From: an uncultured delta proteobacterium
Lineage (GTDB): Bacteria; Myxococcota_A; Polyangia; Fen-1088
Length of the DNA: 64,000 nucleotides
NCBI GenBank assembly: GCA_963737265.1
Contig: CAVTRY010000020.1
Span: forward strand, 33,559 to 97,558
Direction: 5' to 3'
The notes under the pieces are model-generated. The model worked only from the letters and a program-made list of their open reading frames with translations. It searched no databases and was not told the origin of the DNA. Positions within the stretch are counted from its first letter, which is position 1; every line of letters starts with the position of its first letter. Shown here in pieces: positions 1 through 10,423 of this stretch. Made by a program: the position numbers and the translations under genes.

Positions 1-2
1 AA

Positions 3-128
3 CTGGGCGACGAAGTCCAGCGCGGCTCGGGCACGACCGCAATCCGCAACTACGCCGTCACGGTCGAGCCGAACCACGACGCTTTTCAATTCCTTGCTGC
101 CTTGATCGTGGACTTGTGCGATCAATGA
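3..128 (+). CDS. 3' end of a hypothetical protein (runs off the window edge)
   Basis: Open frame LGDEVQRG...LIVDLCDQ* ending in TGA at 126-128. Confidence 0.4.
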   Translation: MGDEVQRGSGTTAIRNYAVTVEPNHDAFQFLAALIVDLCDQ

Positions 129-364
129 ACGGTCGATGCCAAGGGGTTGCTACACATGGGTGGTGCTGGGCTTCGCCCTGACGGCAGGGCCAACGCATCT
201 AAATTGTAAGTGATCTTGCGGAGATGCCGATAGTTATGCCGGTCTCCGCGCCCGTGCGCGCTGCCGAACCTGCCTGCACACCGGCGCGCGCACCGACCCC
301 AGGGGAAAACCTTCCAGAAATGGACGAGACTCTGATGGATCCTGCGTCGATGTAGGATGATGCG

Positions 365-1328
365 ATGGCCCTGGCCCTGACGGCGGCTGGTTCTGCTCGG
401 GCCGTGCGCACCCGATGACGAAGGCGGCTTCGCCTTCGAGTGGCGGGCGCCCGAGGGCTGCCCAGGGGCCAGAGAGGTCGAGGCGGAAATCGCCAAGCTT
501 CTGGGCGGCCCGGCCCGCGCGCGCGCCAGGGGCGATTTGCGCGTGCGAGCGACGGTTGCGCGCGAGTCGGTCTGGCTTGTGACCCTGGACACGGCATCGA
601 AGACGGCCAGTGGCCACCGCGCCATCGAAGCCACAACCTGTCAGGGCCTGGCCAATGCAACCGCATTGATTGTGGCGCTCATGATCGACCCTGACGCCGT
701 TGCTGCGCGATCAGGCAAGGCGAAAGGCAATGAGTCGGCGCCGTATTCGCCGTCACCACCGGCAGTGCCCGAACCTGAACCTTCGACACCCAGGGTCCGC
801 GGCAGACGTGCTACGCATGGATTCGTGGGCGCGACCGCCGCCGGCGATATGGGCGTCTTGCCCGCGTCCGATGTTGGGGTCAGCATCAGCGCCGGCATCG
901 TGCGCGCGCACTGGCGGGCAGAGGCGTGCGCCGCCTACAGTCCGCGTTGGGTGCAAAGTGAAACCATGGCCGATCCCCCGGGAGCCTACGGCCGGTTTTC
1001 ATTCGTTACGGGCACGCTGGAAGGATGCATGACGTTCGCGCGCCCGCACCTCGAGATCGGTCCTTGCGCCAGCATGGAATTCGGTGCCGTGCGCGGCCAG
1101 GGGGTTGGTGCCAGCCGGACCACCCGCAGCAGCTCGCCGTGGCTTGGTCTAGGGGTGGGCGGCTTGCTCTCCATCAAAGCGAACGGCTGGCTGTATTTCC
1201 CCATTCACGCCGACGCTGTCCTTCCCCTGTGGCGGCCGAACTACGTGTTTCAAAATGTGCAGACGCCGATTTTTCAATCCTGGCCTGTGGGCGGCCGGCT
1301 GACCGCGGGCGTCGAGTTGCGTTTCTAG
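365..1328 (+). CDS. Putative outer-membrane beta-barrel protein associated with an ECF sigma factor (probable frameshift near 405-413)
   Basis: ORF 537-1328 extends in frame to ~381 (FEWRAPEGCP motif). A signal-like MALALTAAGSARA begins at ATG 365 in another frame. The C-terminus is beta-strand rich and ends GVELRF (terminal Phe). Confidence 0.55.
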
Positions 1329-1355
1329 ACACGGATCTGCCACAAGCCGGGCACT

Positions 1356-1976
1356 ATGGAGGGGATGAGCCTGCTTCCCGCGCGCAGGATCCCGATGGCC
1401 GCGACAAGTCCGCAGCCGGCCCAAGCCGCGCCCTGCTTGGCCGCGCCCAGTTTTGAAACCGTGTACGAAGAGAATCTGAAGTTCGTGTGGCGGGCAGCGC
1501 GCCGGCTGGGAATCGATCCCGGCGACACCGACGACATCGTGCAAGAGGTGTTCGTGGTGGCCCATCGCAAACTCCCGGGGTTCGAAGGGCGCGCACAGGT
1601 CAAGACCTGGTTGCTCAAAATTCTGATGCGAGTGGTGCACCACTACTTCCGCACGCGAGAGCGCAAGCCCGGTCATCGTCCGGGGCATACACTCGCCGAT
1701 CTCGACGCTCTTCACGATCACGAGACCCGCGGTCCCGCCGAAGCGGCCGAGCGCAGTGACGCGGTTCGCATTCTCGACAGCCTGCTCGACCGCATGGACA
1801 GCGAGAAGCGTGAAGTCTTCGTGCTGGCGGAGATCGAACAACTGTCCTCGGTGGAAATCGCCGAGATTCTGGGCGCCAATATCAACACCGACTATTCGCG
1901 GCTGCGCGTGGCACGCCAGGAGTTTGAACAGGCTTTACATCGTTTTCAGACGCACGAGCTGGGGGAAAAGCCATGA
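1356..1976 (+). CDS. ECF RNA polymerase sigma factor
   Basis: Region 2 (DDIVQEVFVVAHRKLPGFEGRAQVKTWL) and region 4 (REVFVLAEIEQLSSVEIAEILG...SRLRVAR). Confidence 0.93.
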   Translation: MEGMSLLPARRIPMAATSPQPAQAAPCLAAPSFETVYEENLKFVWRAARRLGIDPGDTDDIVQEVFVVAHRKLPGFEGRAQVKTWLLKILMRVVHHYFRTRERKPGHRPGHTLADLDALHDHETRGPAEAAERSDAVRILDSLLDRMDSEKREVFVLAEIEQLSSVEIAEILGANINTDYSRLRVARQEFEQALHRFQTHELGEKP

Positions 1977-2692
1977 ACGATCTCGATGTTCGAGCGCAAG
2001 CCATCGTCGATGCCGCACGGGATGCCGACGATCCCTCGCCAAGCGATCGCGATCGCATCAAGCATGCTGTCCTGGTTCAGGTGGCCGCGGGCGCCGTGGC
2101 GTCGACTGCCGTTGCTGGAAGCGTAGGTATGAGCTACGCAATGAAGGTGGGGCTGGCGGTGCTGGCGGTATCGCTGGCGGGAGGCGGTACCGCAGGACTC
2201 GTGAGCTAGCGACGATCCGACACCGCGGCCAGCTCGGCCACGCATGCGCCCACGCGTCCTGCGATCGCTCACGAAATGTCCTTGCCGTCCGTCGAGATTC
2301 CGGCCATTGCGCCGCCGGCGGTGCTTGCGCAGACAGCGAGCAAGGCGCGGCGACCAGACAAGCCACGCAAAGTCGCAGAGCCGAGTGGTCAGCTCGCGCA
2401 GGAGGATCAGCTCAATGCCGAGGTTGCGGTGCTCAAGCGCGCTCGGGAGGAGTTGCGGCTGGGTCGGCCGGCCCAGGCACTTGAGGCATTGCTCGAATAC
2501 GATCGGCGCTTCGGCAAGGGGGCACTTGGCGAAGAACGCCAGGCCATTGCCGCGATCGCCGCATGCCAGGCCCATCCAGGTCCGAACGCGCACGCCGAGG
2601 CGCAGGCCTTCATGCGCTCGTCGCCCCATTCTCCTCTGTTCGATCGCGTGCGTGAGGCCTGCATCACATCCGCACGCGCGATTTCGCCCTAG
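1973..2692 (+). pseudogene. Putative membrane anti-sigma factor with C-terminal TPR-like helices, interrupted by in-frame TAG at 2207-2209
   Basis: ORFs 1973-2209 and 2276-2692 share a frame and are separated by a single TAG. Overlaps the sigma stop codon (ATGA). Has a TM segment, a Pro-rich linker and a YDRRFGKGALGEER motif. Confidence 0.7.
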
Positions 2693-2775
2693 GCACGCGC
2701 TTTTGCCAACGGATCGCTGGCGCACTGGCCACTATCGCGCTGAAGGATTTCAAGGGACAGCAGCCAAGGAGAAGA

Positions 2776-4182
2776 GTGATGAACGCACACGAACTTGCGC
2801 AGAAGATCCGCATCGCCATTGTCATCGTTGGATGGGTTGGCTTCATGGTCGCCTGTGGAAACGATGTGGCGCTTGGAACCCAAGACGAAGATGGCGGTGG
2901 GAATGGAACCGGGGGAGTCACCGGCAGCGGCGGAGCAGGGTCAGGCGGGCAACAACCAGACGCCTCCGTTGCAACGGGCGGTACCCAAGGAGGCACGGGA
3001 GGCACACTGACCGTGGATGCTCCGATCGGCACCGGTGGTGTGGCCGGACAGACCGGCGGCGCGATTGGAAGTGGCGGGGTCTTTGGCACGGGCGGCGCGA
3101 TTGGAAACGGTGGAAATACCGGAACGACCTGCGGCGGGCTCGCGGGCATAGGCTGTCCGGCCGGCCAGTTTTGTGATCTGGCCTCGAATTGTGGCGCAAT
3201 TGCCGATGCGACAGGAACTTGCGTGCTCACGGGTGCGGGCACCGGATGCACGACGGACTACGCTCCGGTCTGTGGCTGCGACGGCAAGACCTATTCCAAT
3301 GACTGCTCGCGGAGAGTGGCCGGCGTCTCGAAGGCGTCGAACGGTGTCTGCCCCGGCACGGGTGGAACCGGCGGCAACACCGGTACGGGCGGTGCAGGTG
3401 GCACAGGCGGCAAGCTGGGCACCGGCGGGGCAGGCGGAACAATCGGCACGGGCGGAACGCTTGGCGCCGGTGGAATTGCAGCCACGGGAGGTGCGGCTGG
3501 ATCGGGCGGTAGCACAGCGAAGATCTGCGGTGGACTGGCAGGAATCACCTGCCCGACAGGACAGTTCTGCGATCTGGCCTCGAAGTGCGGCGCGATTGCC
3601 GATGCAGCGGGAACCTGCATGCCCTTGGGTGGCGGGTGCGCGGCGGACTACAATCCGGTGTGTGGCTGCGACGGCAAGACCTACTCCAACGATTGCAGCC
3701 GGTTTTCAGCCGGCGTGCTCAAGGCGTCGAACGGAACCTGCGCCAGTCTCGATGGAGGAACTGCCTCCTATTCACTGGCGTACCTCGCCTGGGAGATGCA
3801 GGTTGGCGTTGCGGGCACCGGACCTGCCGTCGTTGTGAGCGGTTCGGGCTGGGCCGACACGTGGAGCTCGGTCTCCTCCTTCTCGCCCATGACGCCTCCG
3901 TCGAACGCAACCGGAACCTATACCCTGACCACCGCCCAGGTCAACGACTTGTTTGCCCGCGTGGCGGGTGCGAATACCTCGTCGCTGCCGCACGCAATAG
4001 TCACGGCAGCCGAGTGCTCAGTCCTGGTCTACTACGTGGGTTGTAAGAGTTGTTCGACCTTCTCCATCAGCTACACCGTGGCCGCCCAGGTTTCGCCAGA
4101 GATGGAGTCGGTTTGGACATGGTTTGACCAGTTGCTGGGCGCATCGGCGGCAACCAATCCGCGAAACTACTGCAGATTCTAG
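2776..4182 (+). CDS. Gly-rich lipoprotein with two Kazal-type domains
   Basis: Lipobox-like MVAC, GGTGG linkers, and two CxxDYxPVCGCDGKTYSNDC Kazal motifs. Confidence 0.85.
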   Translation: MMNAHELAQKIRIAIVIVGWVGFMVACGNDVALGTQDEDGGGNGTGGVTGSGGAGSGGQQPDASVATGGTQGGTGGTLTVDAPIGTGGVAGQTGGAIGSGGVFGTGGAIGNGGNTGTTCGGLAGIGCPAGQFCDLASNCGAIADATGTCVLTGAGTGCTTDYAPVCGCDGKTYSNDCSRRVAGVSKASNGVCPGTGGTGGNTGTGGAGGTGGKLGTGGAGGTIGTGGTLGAGGIAATGGAAGSGGSTAKICGGLAGITCPTGQFCDLASKCGAIADAAGTCMPLGGGCAADYNPVCGCDGKTYSNDCSRFSAGVLKASNGTCASLDGGTASYSLAYLAWEMQVGVAGTGPAVVVSGSGWADTWSSVSSFSPMTPPSNATGTYTLTTAQVNDLFARVAGANTSSLPHAIVTAAECSVLVYYVGCKSCSTFSISYTVAAQVSPEMESVWTWFDQLLGASAATNPRNYCRF

Positions 4183-4235
4183 CGCCGTCCGGCAGGCTGC
4201 CGCGCGGGACCGTGGCAGGATACGACCGGCTGCAA

Positions 4236-5024
4236 CTACTTGCGTTTGCGATTGAGGCCCGCGGCGATGGCGCGCAGCCAGGCGCGCGGAGCGATGCGGG
4301 TGGATTGCACGATCAGCTTGTTCATCAAGCCGGGAATGGCCACCACCTTGCCCGCCATCATGGCCCGGTACGCGTGCAGCGCCACCGGGGCCGCAGTGGC
4401 GACGCCGCGCTGGAAAAGCTTGGACTTGGTGCTGCCCGCGACGGCGCCGAATTCCGTTTCCGTCGGACCGGGGCACGAAGCCGTGATGGTGACGCCGGTT
4501 CCGAGCAGCTCGGCAGACAGCCCTTCGGTGAAGTTGAGCACGAAGGCCTTGCTGGCGTAGTACGTGGCCATGTATGGGCCTGGCACGAAACCAGCGACCG
4601 AGGCCACGTTCAGAATGCGCCCGCTTTTCCGCGCGAGCATATCTGGCAAGAACCAATGGGTCAGTTGCAGCAGCGCCCGGATGTTGAGGTGGATCATCTC
4701 CACTTCGCGATCGAGGACTGCCTGTGAAAACGGCCCACAACTGCCAAAACCGGCATTGTTGATCAGAAAATCGACGCGTGTCCCGGCGGCGCGCAGGCGC
4801 TCGGCGATGTCTGCCGGTGCGGCTCGCTCGGATAGGTCGGAGGCGATGACCGTGACGTGCACGCCGTGGGCATCGGTGATCTCGGCGGCCAGCTCTTCCA
4901 GTCGCTCGCGCCGTCGCGCCACCAGCACCAAATCATGGCCGTCGCCAGCGGCCAGCCTCGCCAGCTCACGTCCGATCCCCGCCGAAGCGCCAGTGATGAG
5001 CGCCGTCTGTCCTGTTCTTGCCAT
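4236..5024 (-). CDS. Short-chain dehydrogenase/reductase (DltE-like)
   Basis: TGASAGIG, NNAG and YYASK motifs. Confidence 0.92.
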   Translation of the reverse strand: MARTGQTALITGASAGIGRELARLAAGDGHDLVLVARRRERLEELAAEITDAHGVHVTVIASDLSERAAPADIAERLRAAGTRVDFLINNAGFGSCGPFSQAVLDREVEMIHLNIRALLQLTHWFLPDMLARKSGRILNVASVAGFVPGPYMATYYASKAFVLNFTEGLSAELLGTGVTITASCPGPTETEFGAVAGSTKSKLFQRGVATAAPVALHAYRAMMAGKVVAIPGLMNKLIVQSTRIAPRAWLRAIAAGLNRKRK

Positions 5025-5057
5025 GGCTCACGTCCTTTCGCAGTTCGACCGTCCGAT

Positions 5058-5717
5058 TCAGTCTTGCATGGCCCGCGTGCGCCGCCGTTCGATCCAACCC
5101 AGCCACGCGTCCAGGCCCTGCACCTTGGTGCAGCAGGTTTCCACCACTTCCATGCCAGGATGAACCTGGCGCGCGTTGGCGATAGCTTGGGCAAGATCGA
5201 ACGGCACGTAGGGCAGAAGGTCGACCTTGTTGATGATGCACAACTCGGACACGGCGAAGATCGACGGATACTTGAGCGGCTTGTCCTCGCCCTCGGTCAC
5301 GCTGAGCAGAACGATCTTGGCGTGCTCACCCAGGTCGTAGCTGGTGGGGCACACCAGGTTGCCCACGTTCTCGACGAAGAGAATATCGATGGCATCGAGA
5401 TCCCAGTCGGCGAGCGCCTTGATGATCATGCTGGCGTCGAGGTGGCAGGTGCCGCCGGTGGTGATCTGCTTGACGGGAAAGCCGGCTTTGGCCAGACGCC
5501 GGGCATCGTTCTCGGTCTGCAAGTCGCCGGTCAGCACCGCAACCCTGGCCGTCTTGGGCAAGGCCTCGAGGGTGCGTTCGAGCAGCGCCGTCTTGCCTGA
5601 CCCTGGCGAGCTGATGAGGTTCACGCAGAAGACCTTGTGCTTGCGGTACCGTTCGCGCAGCCCCAGCGCCAGCATGTCGTTTTCGCTCAAGACCTTTTCC
5701 TCGACGTCTACGCGCAT
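5058..5717 (-). CDS. hypB: Hydrogenase nickel incorporation GTPase HypB
   Basis: SSPGSGKT, TGGTCHLDA, ENVGNLVCP, EGEDKPLKYP and NKVDL motifs. Confidence 0.95.
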   Translation of the reverse strand: MRVDVEEKVLSENDMLALGLRERYRKHKVFCVNLISSPGSGKTALLERTLEALPKTARVAVLTGDLQTENDARRLAKAGFPVKQITTGGTCHLDASMIIKALADWDLDAIDILFVENVGNLVCPTSYDLGEHAKIVLLSVTEGEDKPLKYPSIFAVSELCIINKVDLLPYVPFDLAQAIANARQVHPGMEVVETCCTKVQGLDAWLGWIERRRTRAMQD

Positions 5718-5739
5718 GGGGGATCCTCAAGTTCGAGCA

Positions 5740-6100
5740 TCACTAGGCGATTCGAAGCGGTATTTTGAGCGTTGGAGAACCCTGCCGGACGGCAGCATGT
5801 GGGCCCCGATCACGTTGGCGCAGCGCGCTTAACCCGGTTTCTGGGGCCCGACGGGGCTTGCTCGCACGCGAAGGGCAGTCGACTCCATCCCGAGCTGGTC
5901 GACGTGCCGTCAGTTCAGCCAGTCTCCGCCCTCGCCACCAGATCGCGAGGGAGGCGGCCGTGCGGGCCAGAGGTTGGGCGGCTCGGTGGGCAAGCCCATG
6001 GCAGAGAGAATCTTCTTGATGGTGTCCTCGGTCTCGATCATGGCGATGAGGCGCAGCGGGGTTTTGCAACGAGGGCAGACGGTGTCGATGTCGAACGTCC
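5740..6100 (-). mobile_element. IS91-family remnant (transposase C-terminus plus oriIS-like end)
   Basis: TFDIDTVCPRCKTPLRLIAMIET...WPARPPP is typical of IS91-like C-termini. A near-copy lies at 21205-21560. The minus-strand end CTTCGAATCGCCTAG resembles oriIS. Confidence 0.7.
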
Positions 6101-6148
6101 ACCCTATCAACTGCAGGTCGCGCCGAGGATGTAGCAGGTCCCGTTCGG

Positions 6149-6420
6149 GTGACGCATCCGTTCCATCCGAAGCTTGGACAAGTGATCGACTTCGTCGTTC
6201 ACCGGAATAATTGGGGTGAAGACCGGGTCTACTACCGCGATCCCGCCGGACACCTGGCATCGCTGCCCGCTCGCTGGACGAGTGTTGTGCCGGAGGAGCT
6301 GTTTGTCACCGTGGCAGCAGGCCGGTGTCGGTTTCGAGTCCAGGATCTGACGGATCTCGCACGCCTGGTCGGGAGGCTTCGCGGGGTGAGAGCGACACGA
6401 CCAGAGGGCAGAGTCTGTAA
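6149..6420 (+). pseudogene. DUF5372 (Y4bD/Y4pK-like) mobile-element-associated small protein, 3' end fused to unrelated DNA
   Basis: VTHPFHP...NWGEDRVYY...SLPARWT motif. Confidence 0.7.
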
Positions 6421-6434
6421 ACCCAATTGTGCCG

Positions 6435-7070
6435 AAAGGCAAAAACCCCATGCCCCTGGCTGTCGAGGAGAAGCCACTCGTTGCTGTTGCCGACTTGAGG
6501 CGCTGCAACCAGGTTCACGAGCGGGCTCGGCAGCAGGGTTGTCGTATCGTCGCCCGTCACGAGGTCGAGCGAGTGCAGCTCGGCCGGCGCCGCCCCGATT
6601 GCATTCTGTGCGTAGGAAAATGTGTTGCCGCTAAAACCACCCCAGCTTGACGGATTGGGCCGAGCCAGGGGAATCTCCGCTCCGGTGGTCAGATCGCGCA
6701 CGACCGTCTTGGACACGTTGTTGTAGGTGACGGCGATCGCGGCGTAATGCTCATCGCCGCTGACTGTGAAGCGCGAGACACCTTGGCGCAGGAGCTCCAG
6801 CGTGTCGCTCGGACGATCGAGTCGGGTGAACTTCAAATCGGCATCGCGGATGAAGTAGATGGCGCCACTGCCTCCAATCTGAAACTGAAAGGAACCGGAA
6901 TCAGGGCCGAGCAGCAGGCTGTTGACGCCGTCCCAGAGAAACAGACTCGGATAGATCTGCCCCGGCGCCGCCGGTCGTTCGTAAAGGAGCTGCCGGCAAT
7001 TGATCTGCAAGCCGGGAGCCCCCGGACAGGTCTGACCAGCTTGCGGCTGATCGACAAGTACCTGCGGAGC
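6435..7070 (-). pseudogene. Internal fragment of a secreted beta-rich (propeller-like) protein
   Basis: Coding-like frame of ORF 6306-7115 with no credible start or end. Confidence 0.4.
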
Positions 7071-7094
7071 AACCGCGAATGGAGCATAGGTAGA

Positions 7095-7360
7095 GCCCCG
7101 GCCTTGCCGCGCCACTCGCCCGAGGCGACGTAGGCCTCGATTTCGCGGCTGTCGAGCGAGCGGAAGGTCACGCCGGTGGTCACCACGCGTTCGAGCACGC
7201 GCTCGCGCAGGCGAATGCGGTACGCGGTGAGCACCTCGTGCCGATGCCCGGCCAGTCGCCCGAGCATGGCCGCGGCCTGGCCTTCGTCGGACGGCTTGCC
7301 CAGAACTTCACGGCCGATGGAAACGACGGTGTCCGCGCCCAGCACGGCCAGGCTTTCGCA
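7095..7360 (-). pseudogene. maf: Maf nucleotide pyrophosphatase fragment
   Basis: VLGADTVV...LGKP...EWRGKAGA, truncated at both ends. Confidence 0.8.
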
Positions 7361-7399
7361 GATTTCGACGCCGCTTGAGGTCTTCATGCGCTCTTCTTA

Positions 7400-8290
7400 C
7401 TATGGCAGGGGCGGCTCGCAACCCCAGGACAAGACGCCGTCGACGTAGGCAGTGATCTTCGGGTTGAGGCCCAGGGTCGTTTTCAAGGTGGCGTCGTACG
7501 AATAGTCGTTGGTTTGATCGTAGTTGCCGCCGTAGTTGTCCTTGTGAAAGGCGAAGTTGAATCCACGGGTTTCCACGAAGGACGCACCGGCATCGGGAAC
7601 CGCTGGATACGAAATTTCGAGCACCATGCTGGCGCCGGGCCGCGGAGGATTCACGGCGACGAATTTCATCGTCGTGGCGGCGGGAACGTAGTACTGCTCC
7701 AAGACATTGGCAGAGGCGGCCGCCTCATCGGTGAACCAGTAGCGCAACGTCACCTGTGAAAGCCGGGCGCTGAGCGCGGTGAAGTTGACGACGTCCATAT
7801 GCATCATGATGGACGATGTCCCGGTGGCGGCGCTGTCGGAGTAGTAGTAGACGCCCAGTCGCCCCGTGCTGGTGATGTCCGAGCAACCAACCACGCCTCC
7901 GTCGTCAGACGATGGGGTCGCATCCTTTCCGGTGGCTCCGCCCTGGCTGGCGTCTTTGCCCATGGCGCCGCCGGCCGAGGCATCGCGACCGCCGCCGCCA
8001 CCTTTGCTCGGATCGCCGCCCGATCCGCTGTTGCCGCCGTCGCGTTGAACCGCACCACCGCTACCGCCTTGTCCAGACTGACCACCCTCGCCGTTTCCCC
8101 CGCTGGCCAGAACTCCGCCGCTGCCACTGCCCCCGGTAACAGGTGTCGCATTGTGATCGGCCGAGGCTGCGTCACTGGAAGCACCATCCGCCTTTTTGCA
8201 TGCGCCGGCTGCGGCGGCTAGGCACAGGGGAGCAATCGCTAGGAACAGCAGCGAGGCAATGCGAGTGGGCAGGGCATTTTGCAAGGGCAT
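7400..8290 (-). CDS. Lipoprotein with Gly-rich linker and C-terminal CBM3 cellulose-binding domain
   Basis: Lipobox-like AGAC. LRYWFT, YDQTNDYSY and ITAYVDGVLSWGCEP are CBM3 hallmarks. Confidence 0.82.
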   Translation of the reverse strand: MPLQNALPTRIASLLFLAIAPLCLAAAAGACKKADGASSDAASADHNATPVTGGSGSGGVLASGGNGEGGQSGQGGSGGAVQRDGGNSGSGGDPSKGGGGGRDASAGGAMGKDASQGGATGKDATPSSDDGGVVGCSDITSTGRLGVYYYSDSAATGTSSIMMHMDVVNFTALSARLSQVTLRYWFTDEAAASANVLEQYYVPAATTMKFVAVNPPRPGASMVLEISYPAVPDAGASFVETRGFNFAFHKDNYGGNYDQTNDYSYDATLKTTLGLNPKITAYVDGVLSWGCEPPLP

Positions 8291-8352
8291 GCTGGAGAAC
8301 CGGAAAGTTGGGGAATCTTCGGTATCTACCGAGAAGATTCGGATACAATACC

Positions 8353-10365
8353 ATGACCATGCCACGCCGGGGTGATGTTGTGCGAGCCACGCGGGCCAGT
8401 TTGGCCAGCGCAATTGTCATGCTGACAGCGAGCTACTCCCTCGCTGGCTGCAAGGGTGGAACGATAGCGGGCACTGCCGGTTCCGACGCGGCACCCTTCG
8501 GGGCGGACGCCGTCGCCGTGGTCGTCAAGCTCGATTCCAGCATTTCCGTTTCGATCGGCGTGCCAGCCAAGGGGGACGTGCGCCCATCCTGCCAAGATCC
8601 GAATGGCTGTGGCACGCTTCCCAATTGTGGCAATGGCACCTTGGACAGCGACGAGGAATGCGACGACGGAAACACCACCTCCGGCGACGGCTGCACCATG
8701 GCCTGCCGGCTCGAAACCGACTGGATCTGCCCCAACGCGGGCTCGCCTTGCGTATCGACGGTGGTGTGCGGTGACGGACGTATTTCTGGCAAAGAGGTCT
8801 GCGACGACCGCAACGCCAAAGACGGCGATGGCTGCTCTGCCGATTGCAGCACGGTGGAACCCGGCTGGGTTTGCGTGGCGCCGGGCCTTCGCTGCCAGCC
8901 CAAATGCGGCGACGGGCTGCTCACCGGCTGGGAGGAATGCGACGACGGGAATACCAACTCGGGTGACGGCTGCACCGCGGCCTGCAAGATCGAGCCAGGC
9001 TACGCCTGCCCCAAACCCAAAGCGGCCTGCCACAAGACGGTCTGTGGCGACGGCACCAAGGAAGGGAGCGAGTCGTGCGACGATGGAAACACCCTCCCCG
9101 GCGACGGTTGCGCCCCGGACTGCAGGTCCGAGCCGATCTGCACCGGAACGAACGGCTGCACCTCGCCCTGCGGCGACGGGCTCAAGCTGCCCGACGAGGA
9201 ATGCGACGACGGCAACTTGAGCTCGGGTGACGGATGCTCGTCGACCTGCAAACTCGAAGCGGGCTGGGATTGCACGCAAGAAGTGGAAGGCACCAACTCC
9301 AATCTCGTCGTGCCGATCATCTACCGCGACATGATCCCTCAGACGGCGACCATCACCGACCCGCCGCCGCATCCAGACTTTGAGGTTCCCGTCAACGGCA
9401 CGCTCACCCTGGGCGTCGTGCTCGGCACGCTCGGGCCCGATCGCAAGCCGCAGTACAACCCGGCGGTCGATATCACGTTGTCCAAGACCTCCACCGCGGC
9501 CAACTTCGACACCTGGTATCGGGATTCCAAGTACTGCAAGACGGTCGTCGACACTATCACCTTGCTCGGCCAGACGAATGGCACGTTCATGTACGACCAC
9601 TCGTCGTATTACAGCAACGACATCAAGCTGTGGCTGCGGCCGGCCTTCTTTCCGCTCGATAACAAAGGCTGGGCTGCTCCCGGCGGGCCGGAGATACCGT
9701 TCCTTGGTACCTGCGACCTCGACAATTCAAAGCACAACTTCTCCTTCACCAGTGAATTGCGCTACTGGTTCGAGTTCAAGGGTGGCGAGACCTTGGAATT
9801 CATCGGCGACGACGATGTTTGGGTGTTTGTGAACGGAAAGCTGGCGGTGGATCTGGGCGGCATTCACGAGGCCGCGGCAGGTGCCATCACGCTCGACGGC
9901 CCGACCGCGACCAAGTTTAATCTGACCAAGGGCAAGGTCTACGAGATCGCCCTGTTCCAGGCCGAACGCAAGCAGACCCGGTCGAGCTACAAACTAACCG
10001 TCGGACAATTCAACCGCACCCATACGGTTTGCAAAGACCGCTGCGGCGACGGAATTGTCAACGGCAGCGAGGCTTGTGACAACGGTGCTGCCAATGCCGA
10101 CGATGCCTACGGCGGCTGCACCACCCAGTGCATCGTCGGCCCGTACTGCGGCGATGCCAATGTCGATACCGCCTATGGCGAGGAGTGCGACGACGGGGTC
10201 AATCAAACGGTCTACGGCCAGGCCAAAGGCTGCGGTCCTGGCTGCCGAACCGTTCCCTATTGCGGCGACGGCAAAGTCGACGGCCTCTTCGGCGAAGAGT
10301 GCGACGACGGCGCCGAGAACGGCAAAGGCGCCTGCGATGAGGCGTGCCACGCCATCATTTACTAG
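8353..10365 (+). CDS. DUF4215 (Myxococcus Cys-rich repeat) lipoprotein with fibro-slime/PA14-like domain
   Basis: Lipobox LAGC, repeated CGDG..EECDDGN..SGDGCS..C, and HNFSFTSE...FIGDDDVWVFVNGKLAVDLGGIH. Confidence 0.93.
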   Translation: MTMPRRGDVVRATRASLASAIVMLTASYSLAGCKGGTIAGTAGSDAAPFGADAVAVVVKLDSSISVSIGVPAKGDVRPSCQDPNGCGTLPNCGNGTLDSDEECDDGNTTSGDGCTMACRLETDWICPNAGSPCVSTVVCGDGRISGKEVCDDRNAKDGDGCSADCSTVEPGWVCVAPGLRCQPKCGDGLLTGWEECDDGNTNSGDGCTAACKIEPGYACPKPKAACHKTVCGDGTKEGSESCDDGNTLPGDGCAPDCRSEPICTGTNGCTSPCGDGLKLPDEECDDGNLSSGDGCSSTCKLEAGWDCTQEVEGTNSNLVVPIIYRDMIPQTATITDPPPHPDFEVPVNGTLTLGVVLGTLGPDRKPQYNPAVDITLSKTSTAANFDTWYRDSKYCKTVVDTITLLGQTNGTFMYDHSSYYSNDIKLWLRPAFFPLDNKGWAAPGGPEIPFLGTCDLDNSKHNFSFTSELRYWFEFKGGETLEFIGDDDVWVFVNGKLAVDLGGIHEAAAGAITLDGPTATKFNLTKGKVYEIALFQAERKQTRSSYKLTVGQFNRTHTVCKDRCGDGIVNGSEACDNGAANADDAYGGCTTQCIVGPYCGDANVDTAYGEECDDGVNQTVYGQAKGCGPGCRTVPYCGDGKVDGLFGEECDDGAENGKGACDEACHAIIY

Positions 10366-10423
10366 CATGCGGCGCCCGGCGCGCCATCGAGAACAGCAGC
10401 AAACCGTTGGCCAAGCTGACGAT

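Noticed and set aside
2207-2209. Pyrrolysine or amber recoding
   Set aside because: It is a single case with no pyl genes visible, and TAG serves as a normal stop in many other genes here. A TGG-to-TAG change is simpler.
5058-5717. Hydrogenase gene cluster
   Set aside because: Only hypB is present and the upstream DNA is an IS91 remnant, so no cluster can be supported from this window.
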